DNA of 64,000 nucleotides from Ruditapes philippinarum (Eukaryota): NCBI RefSeq assembly GCF_026571515.1, contig NW_026854006.1, positions 1 to 64,000 of the forward strand, read 5' to 3'. Shown piece by piece: positions 49,562 to 64,000 of this stretch (position 1 is its first letter; each line of letters starts with the position of its first letter). The notes under the pieces were generated by a model. It saw only the letters and a program-made list of their open reading frames with translations, ran no database searches and was not told where the DNA came from. The position numbers and the translations under genes were made by a program.

Positions 49562-52144
49562 ATCAGCATACATATTTAGGTGTATAATCATTTACTTTAC
49601 CATATTTTTATATAATATAGATATTTGCACATAAAATGTACGTTTACTAATACCAATAATTAAGGTTATCCTACCTTTGCCCTAAAGCTTTAATAGTCTA
49701 TTTAATTTTACAGAGCTACCACATTTTAAAAGTTCTATAAATTTTGCCATACTTGGGCGCGTATTTGGGAATATACTGTATTCTTAGTCATCTATATACA
49801 GGACATATCATAACAAAATGGTATTCATCTTCTATATCATTTGTTTTACATAAGTTACCTTTCCTTTCAGCTCTTTCAACATGGATATGCCTTCCAGTCT
49901 CTATATTTTATTGGTGTGATGATAAAAGTAATTGAGCAATAATATTTCTATGTTTTACGCAACGTAACATTTCAACATAAGGTGATAATTGGAAAACAGT
50001 TTTTACTTCTTTATACAGAGATAGTGATGATCTATTATCAACATCTTGTCTCCATTCAGTTGTAAATATGTCTAAAAGTCGTAATCTTAAAATTGGAATA
50101 AAAACTTTAACATCTACCGATTCTGGAAATAACCAGACGTCATTAAAACCAGCACTTTGTAGTATAGAACAAACAATTGAAGCCCAATTTTTAACACCAT
50201 TATTTCTTTCCAAATCTTTTCTAAGGTCATCTAAAACAGTGTACAAAATACAATTATTGCGTTTCTGATAATACATTCTGAGAAAATATTTTACAATTCT
50301 TATATATCTAACTATATACAGAGGGTATCGTCCAAATTCACCATACAAAGCGGAAGTGCTGATATTTTTACATTTTAGAAATTTTTTATGAACCCTTTCA
50401 AGATTTTCATCTTTAAGAAATCTCCAAACTTCACATGAATAGTTAAGTATAGAGGCAACAAATAAATCAAATAGTGCAAGCATAATTCTAACAGGTACTT
50501 CTAACTGCTTTGTTATAGATAATAATAAGCTCATTGCCCAGAGACCTTTTCCGGCCAACGTTTTTGTTGCATTCATTTATGAACCGCCACTTGATAAAAC
50601 AATTCCAAGATAGTTAAATTATTTACAATTGCTATATTCTGACCACCGTATGTAAAGTTGACAAAGTTGCTATTTCTACCACCATTTTTAAAAATCATTT
50701 CTTTTGTTTTTTTCTATATTTACGTTGAGTTTCAATTTTGTACAATACTTTTCAAAATTGTCTAATGACCGTTGTGAACCTTCTGCAGTTTCAGAAAATA
50801 TAACAGCATCATCTGCAAATAATAACAAATATATATGGGAATTTGATCTTAAGTAATACATGCTGTTTGATCTTGCTGTAAGTACATTTCAACTTCATTC
50901 ATAAATAAAAAAAGAGCAATGGAGAAGTTATTTCCCCTTGTAATAATCCAATATCACAGTTAAAAAATATGAAAGATTATTCATATGTTTAACACACAAT
51001 CTGATATCTTCGTATAATGAACGAATAATCTTATATAGTTTTCCGTTAACACCAATCTTTATAAGTTTTGCCCAAAGCCCATTTCTATAAATAGTATCAA
51101 AACATTTCATAAGATCTATGAAACAGCATAATAGTTTTTTTTGCTTAATCTGTTTTCAATCAAAGCATTCAATATAAATATAACATTAACTGTACTATAA
51201 TTTTTTAAACCCAAATTGAGCATCAGATATAACATCATTTTGTTTATCCCAGCTTTTCAATCTTTCATTTAATACTACGGTAAACAATTAGGCAAAATAG
51301 CTTATTAAAGTAATACCTCTGTAATTATTTGTATCATTATGATCTTCCTTTTTGTATAGTGGTATGATTATACCCTTTGTCCATGACCTAGGAATACACT
51401 GTTTATCTAGTATGTAATTGAATAAGATATTTAACGGTTTATCGAGTATGTCTATACCCTCTTTAAAGTATTCATATATATCATTATCTAGTGAACATGC
51501 TTTGTTTGTACCCAATAATTCTATTACTTTTCTAATTTCTTCTATAGATAAAAGTGCATCGAGTTCTTGAACCGTAGAACTTGATTCAGAGAACATGTTA
51601 TTGTCGAAATCATTCACAAAATACACACATTCATCATCTTCTTCTTCAAAAAAAAAAACTGAACTTAATTTTTTAAAATGATTAAACAATTCTGATATGT
51701 TTATATTTTCACCATTTTCTTTTTCTGTATTTTTCTTAATTTTTTTTCCCAAAATTCTTTCGGTTTTTTATTTCATTCATTTTTAATGCAAGAGATCTAT
51801 TATATTTTTTTTTTGCAGCCCTGCAACAATACTTATAATCAAATCTTTAGCGTATAAATTATTTTTATTTTCAGCTTATTTGTTAAGACTGAACTGAGAC
51901 AATGCGTTAATGTATTGCCGCTTTTTATCTCAACATTCTTGTGTGAACCATTCTTTATCTGAATTTGAATTTGTTAAGAATGCATGTGTTGGATTTTTAC
52001 GTCGTGTCTCAAAATATCTATTTCCATTTTTTTTTGTCAAAAATTGAGTAAAAATGTCAACCAGCTTATCCGTATCAGTCCGATCATGTATACATGTATT
52101 CAGATCACAGCATAACTGTTCTACATTTTGTGTTATATCATGTA

Positions 52145-53193
52145 AAAACAAGTTAAATGTTGACGCTGCATATCAAAGACGCCGCCAAATTATATGAACA
52201 GTCACAGGTAATGTACAAAATCTGAATTGAAAATCGTTCTCTATTACAGTTGAATATCCGAAGATCTAATCTTTTTGTCTCCATGTTCTTGTTATGTGTC
52301 TGAAAGTCTGAAATGTTTGTCTGTTGCGACAATGATTGAAACGTCTGGTCGAAGCAAAATTAATTGGTTAACAAGAAAAATCGAAATGATTGGTAAACTT
52401 AAAATGAATTCAAGACAATATGTGCCGAGAATATGTCCATTTAAATATTGGTGCGATTTGCAAAATGTTCGTTTGAATGAATTTGAGGACGAACCGTCTC
52501 TTATTTTACAAATAGCAAAAATATGTTTGTAATATCAAAATATAGCTATGAATAAATTGATACTAGAATCTAGGTATAGGACCACTAAATGTAGTAAAAA
52601 AAAATCAAGGTGAAAGAGAACAATCGTAAGTCACAGAATCCTTCAAAATGACCTATTGCAAATACTTGTGATACATTTTAAAATTTTAAAATAAACGTAC
52701 TTTTATCAATCAGTTAATCTGGTTTTTTTTTTAACTTAGGTGTTAATTATTTTCATGAATTACATGTCGAACACGTTTTGCCTGTTTTGCAAAAAATATT
52801 TCCGCTGTGTCCGTATCGCCAATAAAATCTCCGTTGTGTATTTTAATGATACCTCTTGTTCCCTGCCCGAATTTGGTTACCGTCATTAGACTGGAACGAT
52901 CGACTATAGACTGGCTCATTGGCACGTTATTTATTAGGAAGATAAAATTAGATAATTATAAAAAGAATATGATATTCAAACATGGCACTATCACTTCAGG
53001 TTAACGTTAATTTTAATCCCTTAAAGCTCTGTGACATGTTGTACATCAGAAAAGCTATTTTTACCAGAAAATTTGAAAACAATGTGATTTTGTTAAACCA
53101 AGAAAAAAATGCACAAAATGAAGTCTAACATTTGCCCCAATGCTATATGAACAAATGCATATCTACTAGACGGCGCGTACATGCGCCGTCTAA
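52145..53193. mobile_element. Helentron-type (HINE) insertion in LINE
   Basis: Starts aaacaag..., ends with perfect hairpin tagacggcgc-gtacat-gcgccgtcta; LINE peptide EWNPNYKQL|FLHDITQNV joins across it. Confidence 0.7.
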
Positions 53194-54449
53194 TAATTGC
53201 TTGTAATTCGGATTCCATCTATAGAAAATGCGGTCCGGGATATCTGTGCAACATGTTACGGTATATGTTTTCAGTGCAAATGAGACAGTGCATGATTTGA
53301 GTGCACTGTATTATCATTTACCTCAAACGCAGTTATATTTTCAAAATTTCTACAATCTGTCAACAATAAGTCAACTTGGTTTTCCCCGTTATGAGTAAAA
53401 CAAATTGTTTTGCCTATATTTAAATCATTTCCTAAACGACCATTATATACGTAAATTTAAATCGTTACAAAGATCAAGTAGGCGGTCTCCAAAACGATTT
53501 GAACCATGATCAAGGGTTGCTCGTGGTAAATATGAATCAATTTTAAAATTATCGTGTCCTTTTAACGGTTTATCATTCATAATAAAATCGGATTTTCTGC
53601 CGACTCTGCTATTCAAATCACCAAAAACATAAACTTGACCTTGATCTTTGTAACACTGAATATCCGCCTCTAGTTTGCTAAATATCAAAATCGTAAATAT
53701 TGTGTATTGGCGAATTTTCAGGTGCAATATAGGTTGAGCATAAATAAATGTCATCTGTTAAACGAAAATATATTTTATCAAGTTAAAGCCACATAATACA
53801 GTCAACTTCATTTTTAATTAGCTTTACTCCTTTTGTTAATGAGATTTTTTTTACATATATTAAAAGTCCACCACTACATCTTTTGGCTCTTTTGTTTTGA
53901 TATTTACGATATGAATGATATAATTTATATCTATTAAGATCAAGAACAGAATTCTTATTTGACCAAGTCTCATATAAAAATATTAAGTCATAATTTCCAA
54001 TAAAGGTAATAATTCACTACTTTATCGCTTATCATTCGTTAAACCTTCAATGTGCCAGAAAAAGACACTAAAGGTCACTCTCGCGATTGTCCTATTTCTT
54101 GACCGGCGCATTCTCTCCTCTGTACAGCATACCATCTATGTACAATTTGTCCCCCTCAGAAATGCTTCCTTGTTTTCTTCCCTGGCCTTTACCATGATCG
54201 GAATAAGTTGTCTCCTATTTTCCAAGACAGCTAATGAACTATTGAAAAGGCTCACATTCAACGGAAGTGACACAAAACGGACAAAATATACGTTGCTCAA
54301 TGCGCATAGACATTATAATATTATTATATGTTTTTATACAATAAAATTGTACGAGTAACTTATATTTTCTCAACTTATAACCACCTCTGACTTACGTCCA
54401 TAGTTATATTTTCTAACCATGTTTCCTCAAATTGTTCATCAAGTAAGCT

Positions 54450-55760
54450 TTCTTGCCATTTACTGTATCTTTATGATCCACTTGTTCATCACAATCGTCT
54501 TAGTTATGTTTTAATTATTACTAATTGTATCTAAATGTTTATACCCTCTTATATTCAATCTTTTGTTATCCATATTACAAACTTTTACAATAAAGCTATT
54601 AACACATTTCCACTGTCTAGTAATTAAGGTAACCATACCATATCGCCGGTTACCACGAGAAAAGCCTTATAGCCCTGCAATCAATACAGAAAATGACTTT
54701 CTTCCCGAATGTCTGCGCCATATGCAATAACCTGCCATACCACGATATCATATAACTTTGAAAATACATTATGTGGCATGCCACCCAATTATTGAATCTA
54801 GCAATAAGTAAATCTAGTGCTCAACTTGTAGAATGTGTAACAGCCATAGTCTATGTATTCGATTAAGGTTAGACCCCCAAAATACACAACTAAGTACAAT
54901 ACTTAGAGCATTACAACAGCAACAAAAATTGTAATTACTGCATGGTACACTTTTTGACCAGAAGTGAACAACTTTACTTTAAGTTGCATATAACACAATA
55001 TAAAAGTAATCATCTATTTATATTTACTATTTATATATACTAGGTCATAAATAAAAAGATCAAACATTTTCAAAACTTCAATTGGTATATTATCAAACCC
55101 ACAGGCTTTAGTTTTCTAAGCATCTAAAACAGCTTTTCTAATTCCATATATTGAAAACATTTCCTCATCAATGCTATCATTTCTATCAAGCTCTGAAGAA
55201 CAATTAGTTACAGTATTCAAAATACTGAAAAAGGTTTTCCTTTTATTTAAAACAACATCTACATCATTAGAAATTGAATTTTCTTTTGTCTCTACTTCAA
55301 ATGGTATAAGTTTCTTGGACTTTATGCTAACCCTACCTATTCTTTTTCAAAACTCATTACTATTGTTCTTTGCTTTTTCTAAAATGTCATTTTGGTTTTA
55401 AAACCAAAAACACGTATTAGCTTTTTGTACCTTATAATCAAAAACGTTTCTTTTTTTTACATACATGTAAAATTTATTTAAAATATAAGAGATCTTATGC
55501 AAATTAAAATCAGTAAAAAAGCAAGATGACTATAGGATACAAAGCGGTAATCCATCTCAGAACAACCATCTTTTAAAATACTTGTGTTCATTTGAAATAA
55601 GGTTGCGACCATTTAAAATGCAGAAAAATATCATTCATTAAAAATCAATCAGTAAATGACAATATTGATTTACACTATAGTCTACAACAAGTCTTCCTGT
55701 TTCTGATCAAGGCTGGCAAATCACCAAATCTGCTATTCAACATGTTTTATACTATTCAGC
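54450..55760 (-). mobile_element. Old LINE fragment (APE end to RT start)
   Basis: CILNGRN motif near 55620 and IRKAV...KTKACGFDNIPIEV near 55080-55140; heavily decayed. Confidence 0.6.
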
Positions 55761-57479
55761 TTATGGTTATGAAGGTGTGACACTTAACATTAAACGTCGT
55801 TATACTGTTAGACACAAAAACACTAATAAGTTATTAAATACTTTACTTAATAACTCTGCATCATCGTCTAATTTCTCCATATTTTAGTATGAAATGATCT
55901 AAATGATTTCCATTTTTTAATAAGAAATTATACAAAAGACTATAAACTTCAAAAGTACGTGACAGCTAACCACAGTATACATTTTCATAAACTCTGTACA
56001 TAAAACTTCTACACCCCGTTCATTAAAATTTGTTTTCATGCTTGACTCTGTACACATGGCATAGGCCGTTTTTCGCAAATTGTTGCTAAAAGAAGCTCCA
56101 GTTGATGGATGACCACACAATTACAAGAAGAGGGCCGGACGTCTATTTTTTTTAGATTTTAATTACGACAAGTTAATTCTAGAAGGTCATAGACCCACAA
56201 GGTTTATAAATAATGAACAAATTATCATAAAATGCATACATGTATAAAGAATCAGCAGTTAATAATAGATATTTAACATTATTATCTGCCATAATTCATC
56301 CAATATAAATGTTAACATACAAATATTCTATGTCTTTATAAAATACAATGCACAGTAATATAATTTACTTACAATGTGATAATTGTAAAAAATTGTAGGA
56401 AAATGTATGACTGCCGTATTTAAGTATATTTTCGGAAAATTGCACGAGATGAATGTGACAAAATATAAATAATTACGGAATCTCTCGCATATCGGTAGGT
56501 CCTAAATACCTCTTCATTATCTTGAAAGTGTCAAGATAAAGTGTAAATGCTCTATAATAATAAATAAAATCGTTATGTATAGTTTTTAACCCCTAACATA
56601 TTTTTACAGACCTGCATGTGCTCCCCAGGAATAAGCCCCCAAACCTCGGAACTATAACTAAGAATACGTCGCCTTATTCTAAAAATGTCCTAACTCCATT
56701 TTTACCAAAAATGAGATAACTGCACATTTAATTTAGTATTAGTTTGTTCTATCTCCAAAACAAAACTTGTGAAGATTTACGTCATACTTTGGAAGATATA
56801 GCGTCTGTATTTTGTTCTATGTCCAATGGAAAGCTTTGCTGTTAGCCTTTTTTCGTCGTATCTCCAACACTTGTCACACTTTTAGGCTAATCTTTCGTGC
56901 CAGCCAATCAAGTTGAAAAATATATGTCATGTGACCTGAAGGGGCCTGACAATATAATTGTTCTAACTCCAGTGATAACAACAACAATCGTATCTAAATC
57001 AGCCAGCTAACTAGGAAAGTAACAGTTAAAAATGATTTCTGAAGCATGTAAGTAATATATTTTAGCTTTTATACGTTTTATAAGTGAATTTATATTTTGT
57101 ATTAGTATTTGTTTCATAGTATTATCATTATTTTATATATATTTCTCAAAGTTTCACAATCACATAGTTTCGGATAACTATATTCGGATTTTTCGTATGA
57201 ACTTTGGAACTATTTGGAGTATCGAACATTGTTGTTGTTTAATTGTTAATGATAATATTTTGTCCATTTCAGGTCAGACTTACTTACATTATCAGACGTT
57301 GTCCTTACATAAATGTTTTGTCTCTTAGAACTTGTGACTGCAGTTAGCAGAACTTCCACAAAATTATGGAATTTTATATCAACAACATCAAGTCTGTGGG
57401 ACGTTTTGACTTGCCATCAGTTTCAGATAAATCATTGTTTTAAGTCTTAAAATATTCACAAAATAAATAGATATTTAAC

Positions 57480-58325
57480 ATTCCAATGGGATCGGAATAC
57501 CACTGTCTTGTCAAAACATAGATTTTAAGTTTGCATGCGAGTTTCAGTGTTCTCCGGGTCATCAATGATTATATTTTTTAGATAATAGCAGAATTCTTAA
57601 AGCGTAATACGGCATGATCTAAAATGTTGCCGGCTCGGTTTGATTTAGCCTGTTCATGGAATGTCCAGTATCTACGTTTTGCGACAAAAACCAATATGGG
57701 AGATCGCAAAATTCACTGGATGTAAAATCTTGAAAACGACGATTTTGCAATCTTGAAAGATTGTTAAGAACTTGAGCAGATATTTTTTCATACGTTGATA
57801 TTAAACCACAAACAATACTTGAGACTTTGAATGCATGTGGTATTGACTTTAATTGTGTGAATTAAAAAGAATTATTGGTAACATTTTAACATTGATAGAA
57901 ACGATGGCAAATGTAAACTATGTATATATAACTCTATTGAATCAGAATACCACTTCCTTTTATGTTGTCCAATTTATACTGTTATAAGAACCAAATATTT
58001 AGGAAACATGTCATACATAACTAAATATATATAGTTAACTATATATTACTAACAAAAATTTTCGACTATATTGTCCACTAATAACAAAAAGCTTATTCTT
58101 AAATGTGCTCACTATGTTCATAATGCATTTAAGTTGAGGCAACAGTCTCTTGAAGATGTAACTGCTTCTCAATTAGTTTCATTCTTGTTCTCTTTTTGTT
58201 ATATATTGTATGATGTAATGTTTGTAACTATTTAACTTTTGGCCATATTTTTCATGATACTCTGTTAATGGCCAAAGGTAATGTTTATTTGCCGATTTGC
58301 CAATAAAATGAAATGAAATGAAATG
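57480..58325 (+). mobile_element. LINE 3' fragment with (AAATG)n tail
   Basis: IESEYHFLLCCPIYTVIRTKY motif at about 57935-58000; aataaaatgaaatgaaatgaaatg at 58302-58325. Confidence 0.7.
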
Positions 58326-58549
58326 GTAATATAATTTATATCTGTATTATTTAATCACAATATTAGAGATGGTTACAATCATTTCATTTTTTCATAATGG
58401 TTCAAAATATGTCAGTTTGTTTTAGCAAGTTCATTGATTAAAAATTTTGTTAAAATGTTTGTTTTTCTTTTTTTATGGCACAATTTTATATTGTTATTAT
58501 CGAGAAAGGCCCACGTTGGAGATCACGTGAATGACTTTACACTTTGACA

Positions 58550-60960
58550 TAGTAATTTACGAAGATAAAGTGATTCAGTGTCAGCGGTTCAACCACTCTG
58601 GCTGAAAATGTTCTTTAGAATGTAAAATCTTACTAATATTCTATAGTAAAATTATTACTCTTAAAAAATGCTAACTCAAAAAGTATTTACAATTTTAGCC
58701 TTACTTTGTCATATCTCCGCAAACTCATTTTTAGAGTAATTTTTTAATCTAAAAATAAACATTTTTGGTCTATCTCCAAATTTTTTTTTTAATTTTTACA
58801 ATTACTGCAAATTATAAAGGTATATAACAAAGTGCTTTCATCACATGTTGACATCTATAATACCAATCCAGAAGTCCACACTGTTAGGAGTTATTAAATA
58901 AAAGTAACAACGTCTTGAACCTTTAACCCATTTTTCCCAAAAAAGAGGAAATTGTAGATACACCATTTTTAGAATAGGGCGACGAATAGGGGAAACAAAT
59001 TTGTAAAAAAGTTCTAAACTATGTTTTACAAATATATCTGTAAGATAAAATAACTACTTATTCATTCTAAACACTGTCTTGAGCGTCAGAAAAATAAACC
59101 TCCGGCTATAAAAACAATACCTAAATATACAATTTCAACATGATTACTTATTTACTATTTCAGATAAATGAGATATTACTCTGTAAACGGCCACCATTGT
59201 GAAAAATCACCACTTTAGTTTTTTTCTGAATTAAAAACCAGTTTCCTTTCGCAACAATACTCGTATTGTGCATCTCAAACTTTTTTGGAAATTCAATGCA
59301 CCTATTTATGCAAATATGACAATATCATCTGCATATAAAATTTTAAAAAATTAAACATGTTAACATGAATGCGTTTGAAACCTTTATCTATAAAAATATC
59401 TTCAAAATCATAAAGAAACATTGCAAAAAGTAAGTGAGACAAATACTCGCCTGATAGTACACCTACATGTAACATACATTGAAATTGCTCATTTATTGGG
59501 TTGTAATTTCTAACTCTAGATTTCACTGCTGAATACATAGATATAATAATGTTTGAAAGAGAGACACAGGCAAAATTTTGAATTTCTTCGTTTTGAATTT
59601 TTCATTTATTATTTTGTTAATGTCCTAAAATGAATACGCTAGGCAGTCACAGAAACAAATCTTTTCTCATTTTAAAATACTTAATGATAGTTTTTCTAAT
59701 CTGACCCACATGGGTCAGGTTAGACCGTTACGATTTTACAATTGTTGTCACGGTGACATTTGGACACTTCAAACCCAAAATGTTTAGAATTTAATACAGA
59801 AAATCATGCTGGGATTTAGAAAATGTCATTTTAGCGTGATTTGAGTTTATAACATCATTTTAATATTTTTGTCATTTTGACATTAATTTGCCTGAGTATC
59901 CCTTTAAATGTTCAACGAATACCTAGCTTGAACATTTTTAGCCATAATTTATCTCTGACAACATAATCAAAGGCTTCGATAAATGCACAAAAAGTTGATT
60001 TCTTTTATTTAACATATTACTAATAAGACCATGTGGCAAAAAATATTATCTGTAGTAACAATGTTTTTACCTAAACCCCTATTGCGCCTAAACATAACGT
60101 ATCTTTCGGCGCATTCTGCTACTCTTTTATTTAATTATTTAATTTTCTTAAAGTGCTTAAATGTGTTAATCCTCTATAACTGCTTTCATTGCTTTATTGC
60201 CCTTTTGTGTAACGGAATAACGTTTTAATTGAACAACGTATTCCTCTGATTAACATTCAGGAAAATATCACGTAGTAAATATTTTATGAAAGAGGGACAA
60301 AATGAAAGGTTATATGATACGTTGCTATGTACATGTATAAAGTATTGATTGATTTATGAATCTGACCCACTACTTTTATTCGACTGAAGTTGATTAAGAC
60401 AAACCTCTTGTATCTGTCCTTTCAATTTTTGAAACATTATCTTATATTCATTCTTATCATATCTTTCAATAAAAACAAAACATCTTCATCAGGTTGGAAA
60501 AATGATCATCGGGGTTATCAACTAATAAAAAATATTTCTTAAGAACATCAACTGTTTTATTCGATTGTCTTATGCCAGAACATTTTTTTCAACATGTTTC
60601 AGCATAACTTAACATTATTTTGTTGGCCTCAGTCTCTCTTTTACACATGCCTTATATTGAGATTTAATCTTTTTTTCATAACAGTCTTCAGTATACTATT
60701 TACAAAAAAAATAATGCTCAAATAAAAAAAGATTCAGTTCCGAGTTTTACCTCTTTCTTAAAAACGGGAGATGCAACCTCAGAAATGATATTTGAAAATC
60801 CACCGATACATGAATCGAGAAAGACTTATTTACATGTTTACCAAGACTGTGTCTTTTTAGCGTAAAATTATCGCTTGCATGTGACGCATTATTTACAATG
60901 TGTACATCAGTGAAAAAACTTTTGTCAAAGAATCAAGCGAAAAATCAGCAAGGCAATGAT
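58550..60960 (-). mobile_element. Decayed LINE RT fragment
   Basis: MYSAVKSRVR...GVLSGEYLSHLLFAMF, YADDIV, KTKVVIF.NGGR, FCAFIEAFDYVVR.KLW across frameshifts. Confidence 0.75.
59553..59908. mobile_element. Kolobok-like MITE inside LINE
   Basis: Right end reverse complement ttaaagggatactcaggcaaa resembles left tgaaagagagacacaggcaaa; TTAA intact only on the right. Confidence 0.45.
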
Positions 60961-61827
60961 CAGACAAAATGTTGTAGTAAAGGCGGATTTTGATACATAT
61001 AGGCTTCATCTAGTGGTAAATATCAACCTCCTCCGCAAATGTCAACAAATACGCTACAATTTATCGCCAATCTAACAAAAAGTATTTAATTTGCAGAAAA
61101 AGCAGACATACATGTATTTAGCTTCACAAAAAATGTTTAGTTTGGAAATATTGGTTACGTTATGATGGAGAAATAAAGTTAAATAATACATTGGGTGAAC
61201 TCGACGTAAACCTTTTTACTTTCGATGTTTTGAGGGACTATTTCCGGTTAACCCTGACTAACAGTGGTTAAGGAAATCGATTATAATATAAAAAAATAAT
61301 AGTTCCATTGTATTTTTTGAGTTTTCCAGTTAAAACGAAACTTTTAGCTATTATTAAGCAACAATAATAAATACTTTATCGTTAAATGGGAGTTGGGCGC
61401 AACTATTTTTATATAATGGCGTTGCCAATGGTGATAAACATTGCATGATTGTATATCAAATAAATGCGTTGACTACAAATATATTTGTCCATTAGAATTA
61501 AAATATATGTTAAAAAAGTTGTATAAAAGAAATAATTTCTTACCATGAGTGATAAATCATTACTAGCCATTTTGTTAAACAGAACTTCAATTACGAAAGA
61601 AAGATATTTTCCGAAACTGTTGACGAAAGGTCTATAAATATAATCGACATGAACAATAAAATCAATAACGTTGTTTATACATGTAACCATTGAATATCGG
61701 ACGAGTTTATTTTACTACATTAGGTATAAGTTGGGTTTAAAATTGCATAAAGCATTTTGTATTCTGATAAGGACCTCGAACACAATAGAGAGAAATATTT
61801 TTCCAATATGTCAAGTAAAATTCAACT

Positions 61828-62610
61828 TAAACAAGAAATGTCGAACGACACATATGCCCCCTTTCTCGCCCTTGACTCACATTATTGGTAATTGTGTCAG
61901 AGAAACTTGCCATAAATGGGTACATTGAAGTATTCAATTATGGAAGAAAGAAAAATAATGAAGATATTACGATAAATGGTTTTCAAGATAATGAGACATT
62001 TAAGGCCTCTGTGATCTTGACCTTTGACCTAGTGACCAAAAAATTAATAGGTGTCACTTACTAGTTATGACCAATCAATATTAGAAATATGACGACTTTG
62101 TGATCAATTCTTTTCAAGATAATCAGCAGAAACTATTTTGACATTTAAGGCCCCTGTGACCTTGACCTTTGGCCTTGTGACCTAAAATCAACAGGGGTCA
62201 TCTACTAGTTATGACCAATCACTATGTAAAATATGAAGACTTTGTGATGAATACTTTTCAAGATAATCAGTGGAAACAATTCTGGCATTTAAGGCCCCTG
62301 TGACCTTGACCTTTAACCTAGTGACCCTAAAATCAGTAGGTGTTATCTACTAGTTACGATTAATCACTGTGTGAAGTATTACAACTTTGTGATGAATACT
62401 TTTCAAGATAATGAGCGGAAACCATTTTGACATTTAAGGTCTCTGTGACCTTGACCTTTGGCCTAGTTGTCCCGAAATCAATAGGAGTCATCTACTAGTT
62501 ATGATCAATCACTATGTGAAATATGAAGACTTTGTTATGAATAGTTTTTAAGATAATCAGCGGAAACCATGTGGTCTACCGACGGACAGACCGACGGACT
62601 GGCAAACAGA
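61828..62610 (+). repeat. HINE-type element with ~144-bp tandem satellite and GACG/GACA microsatellite
   Basis: ttttcaagataat unit starts at 61980, 62111, 62255, 62400 and about 62545; each full unit carries a tgaccttgacctt-type motif; followed by gacggacagaccgacggac. Confidence 0.85.
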
Positions 62611-64000
62611 GCGATATTAGCAAAACATTATCAATGTGGCCATACCACGTGACTTTTCGGGTACAGAACACGCCGTTATTTCACCCGATTCAGGTATGTT
62701 TTTTATTCATAACATATTTATTACTCAACCGATTTTGATCAGATAAGGCGCAGAGTACCCGTATTTATATCAGCTTTCCACGGTATATAAAAATTCTGAA
62801 AACCCCTGAACGGTTTTTGAAAACATTCAAGTACAGTTTTCTTCTCATAGCCGGGGCCGAGGGGAACGGTACACACTCATTTGTCATAACAAGCGATTTC
62901 TAGCAAGTCATATGTTTTTTGTCACTATTTCATAGAAAAATACATGTTAAATCTGATATATTTACTATGTCCAATGTATCGAGTGAATGCAGTGATGTTT
63001 TAGCATATTTTCATAAAGTTATGTTGAAATGGTACGGAACACACTGTTATTTAAAAAGATACGGTACACACACAATTTCTGTCTTTGAAATAATTCTAAA
63101 ATAAAGTATATGAAAATTTAATTTGAATTATATTGTGAGTGATTTGTTTTCATAGTTATACATTTTATTAATTTAAACGAGAACCCTGAGACCTGTTTTG
63201 CAATGTATCATTATGCTTACAGTTTGATGTAAACAGGATTACTAAAAAAATAAAAGACAATTTTTAGAGTACGTAGCCCAAAATTCGATTTTAAATGTTA
63301 AACAATTAATATTTGGCTAAAAATGTTAATATTTTAGGGAGGGATACGGAATACATTCAAAATTGTGTTTGTTTTGTTTTTCATTTGAAATAATTGTGTA
63401 TTTTTTTCGGATTATAAAACAAATTGTGAAATTCATGGACATCTGTTATGTGCGATTATTCTTCAATTTAATTTATTTGTTCGAATATATAAATGACTGT
63501 TTAAACCTAGTATGAATATAAAAAACAAAACAGCAGTTAAATGTTGTTTAAATAATCGAATTTGGAGAAAAACGCTGGTTTTGATGAAAGTGGATGTTTT
63601 AAATCACGGAAAGTTTAAAGTATTTTTCTGCAACATGATATTTGGTATGAATCATCTGCCAGGGTCCCAAACTAACTGCATGTATTTAATTATCAAATTA
63701 TCTACATATGGACAATGATATTCCGCAGTTTTACGTGCAATCAAAATTAAAAGCCGGATAATTTGAAGAACCCATATGGATACAAGGCCTATTATATAAC
63801 GTAACGTAGTTTACACATGGTAACCTTGTTACATATGCATGTAAGAAATTTTGGACTTTCATTAAAAGATGCTTTAAAAACATGATTTCATGGATATGTG
63901 TGCTTGCGTGTTTGTGTTAAAAATAAAATGATTAAACAACATCTTACGAGGATAGTGCACTCCAAGTACACTTTTGATATTTTAATAATACCCATTTTGT

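Larger units (their letters stand above)
47424..54340 (-). mobile_element. Near-full-length decayed LINE (APE + RT; RTE-X/CR1-like) with two nested insertions
   Basis: APE motifs (FWHIEGL, YDLIFLYETW, SGGLLIYV, FGDLNSRVG, NRFGDRLLDLC), RT motifs (WTKGIIIPLYKK, NYRGITLIS, LFADDA, ILNYSCEVW), C-terminal IEDEYHFV..CPVY, AATAAA and (TTCTG)n tail near 47425-47445. Confidence 0.92.

Noticed and set aside
56587-56660. piggyBac-like TTAACCC terminus
   Set aside because: No matching opposite terminus found.
61980-62580. Regular repeat array considered as CRISPR
   Set aside because: Whole ~144-bp units repeat with no unique spacers; no cas genes; eukaryotic context.

Overview
AT-rich eukaryotic genomic DNA with spliceosomal GT-AG introns and no prokaryotic features. 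The repeat families (RTE-X/CR1/L2-type LINEs, mariner, hAT, Helentron-type elements carrying AGGTCA-rich satellites, a SINE with a GTTT tail) suggest a bivalve mollusc (inference). Much of the window is decayed, often nested, transposable elements. Between them, and mostly missed by the ORF track, are two head-to-tail minus-strand multi-exon genes that I assembled by hand from splice sites and phase matching. Gene A (27142-42345, possible split ATG at 46382-46383) gives an uninterrupted ~397-aa helical protein with an APOL-like / alpha-pore-forming-toxin-like Gly/Ala-rich hydrophobic hairpin and an internal repeat. Gene B (about 25455 down to 4014 or lower) begins ~1.7 kb after gene A's stop and encodes a coiled-coil protein with a weaker amphipathic segment; it has frame lesions, so it is a pseudogene or affected by assembly indels. 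The pair could be a two-component membrane-attack (ClyA/XaxAB-like) locus, which is a hypothesis only. Other highlights are a Polinton/Maverick integrase fossil in a gene A intron, cleanly resolved nested insertions with TSDs, and a homopolymer-distorted, probably unpolished first ~2.7 kb.
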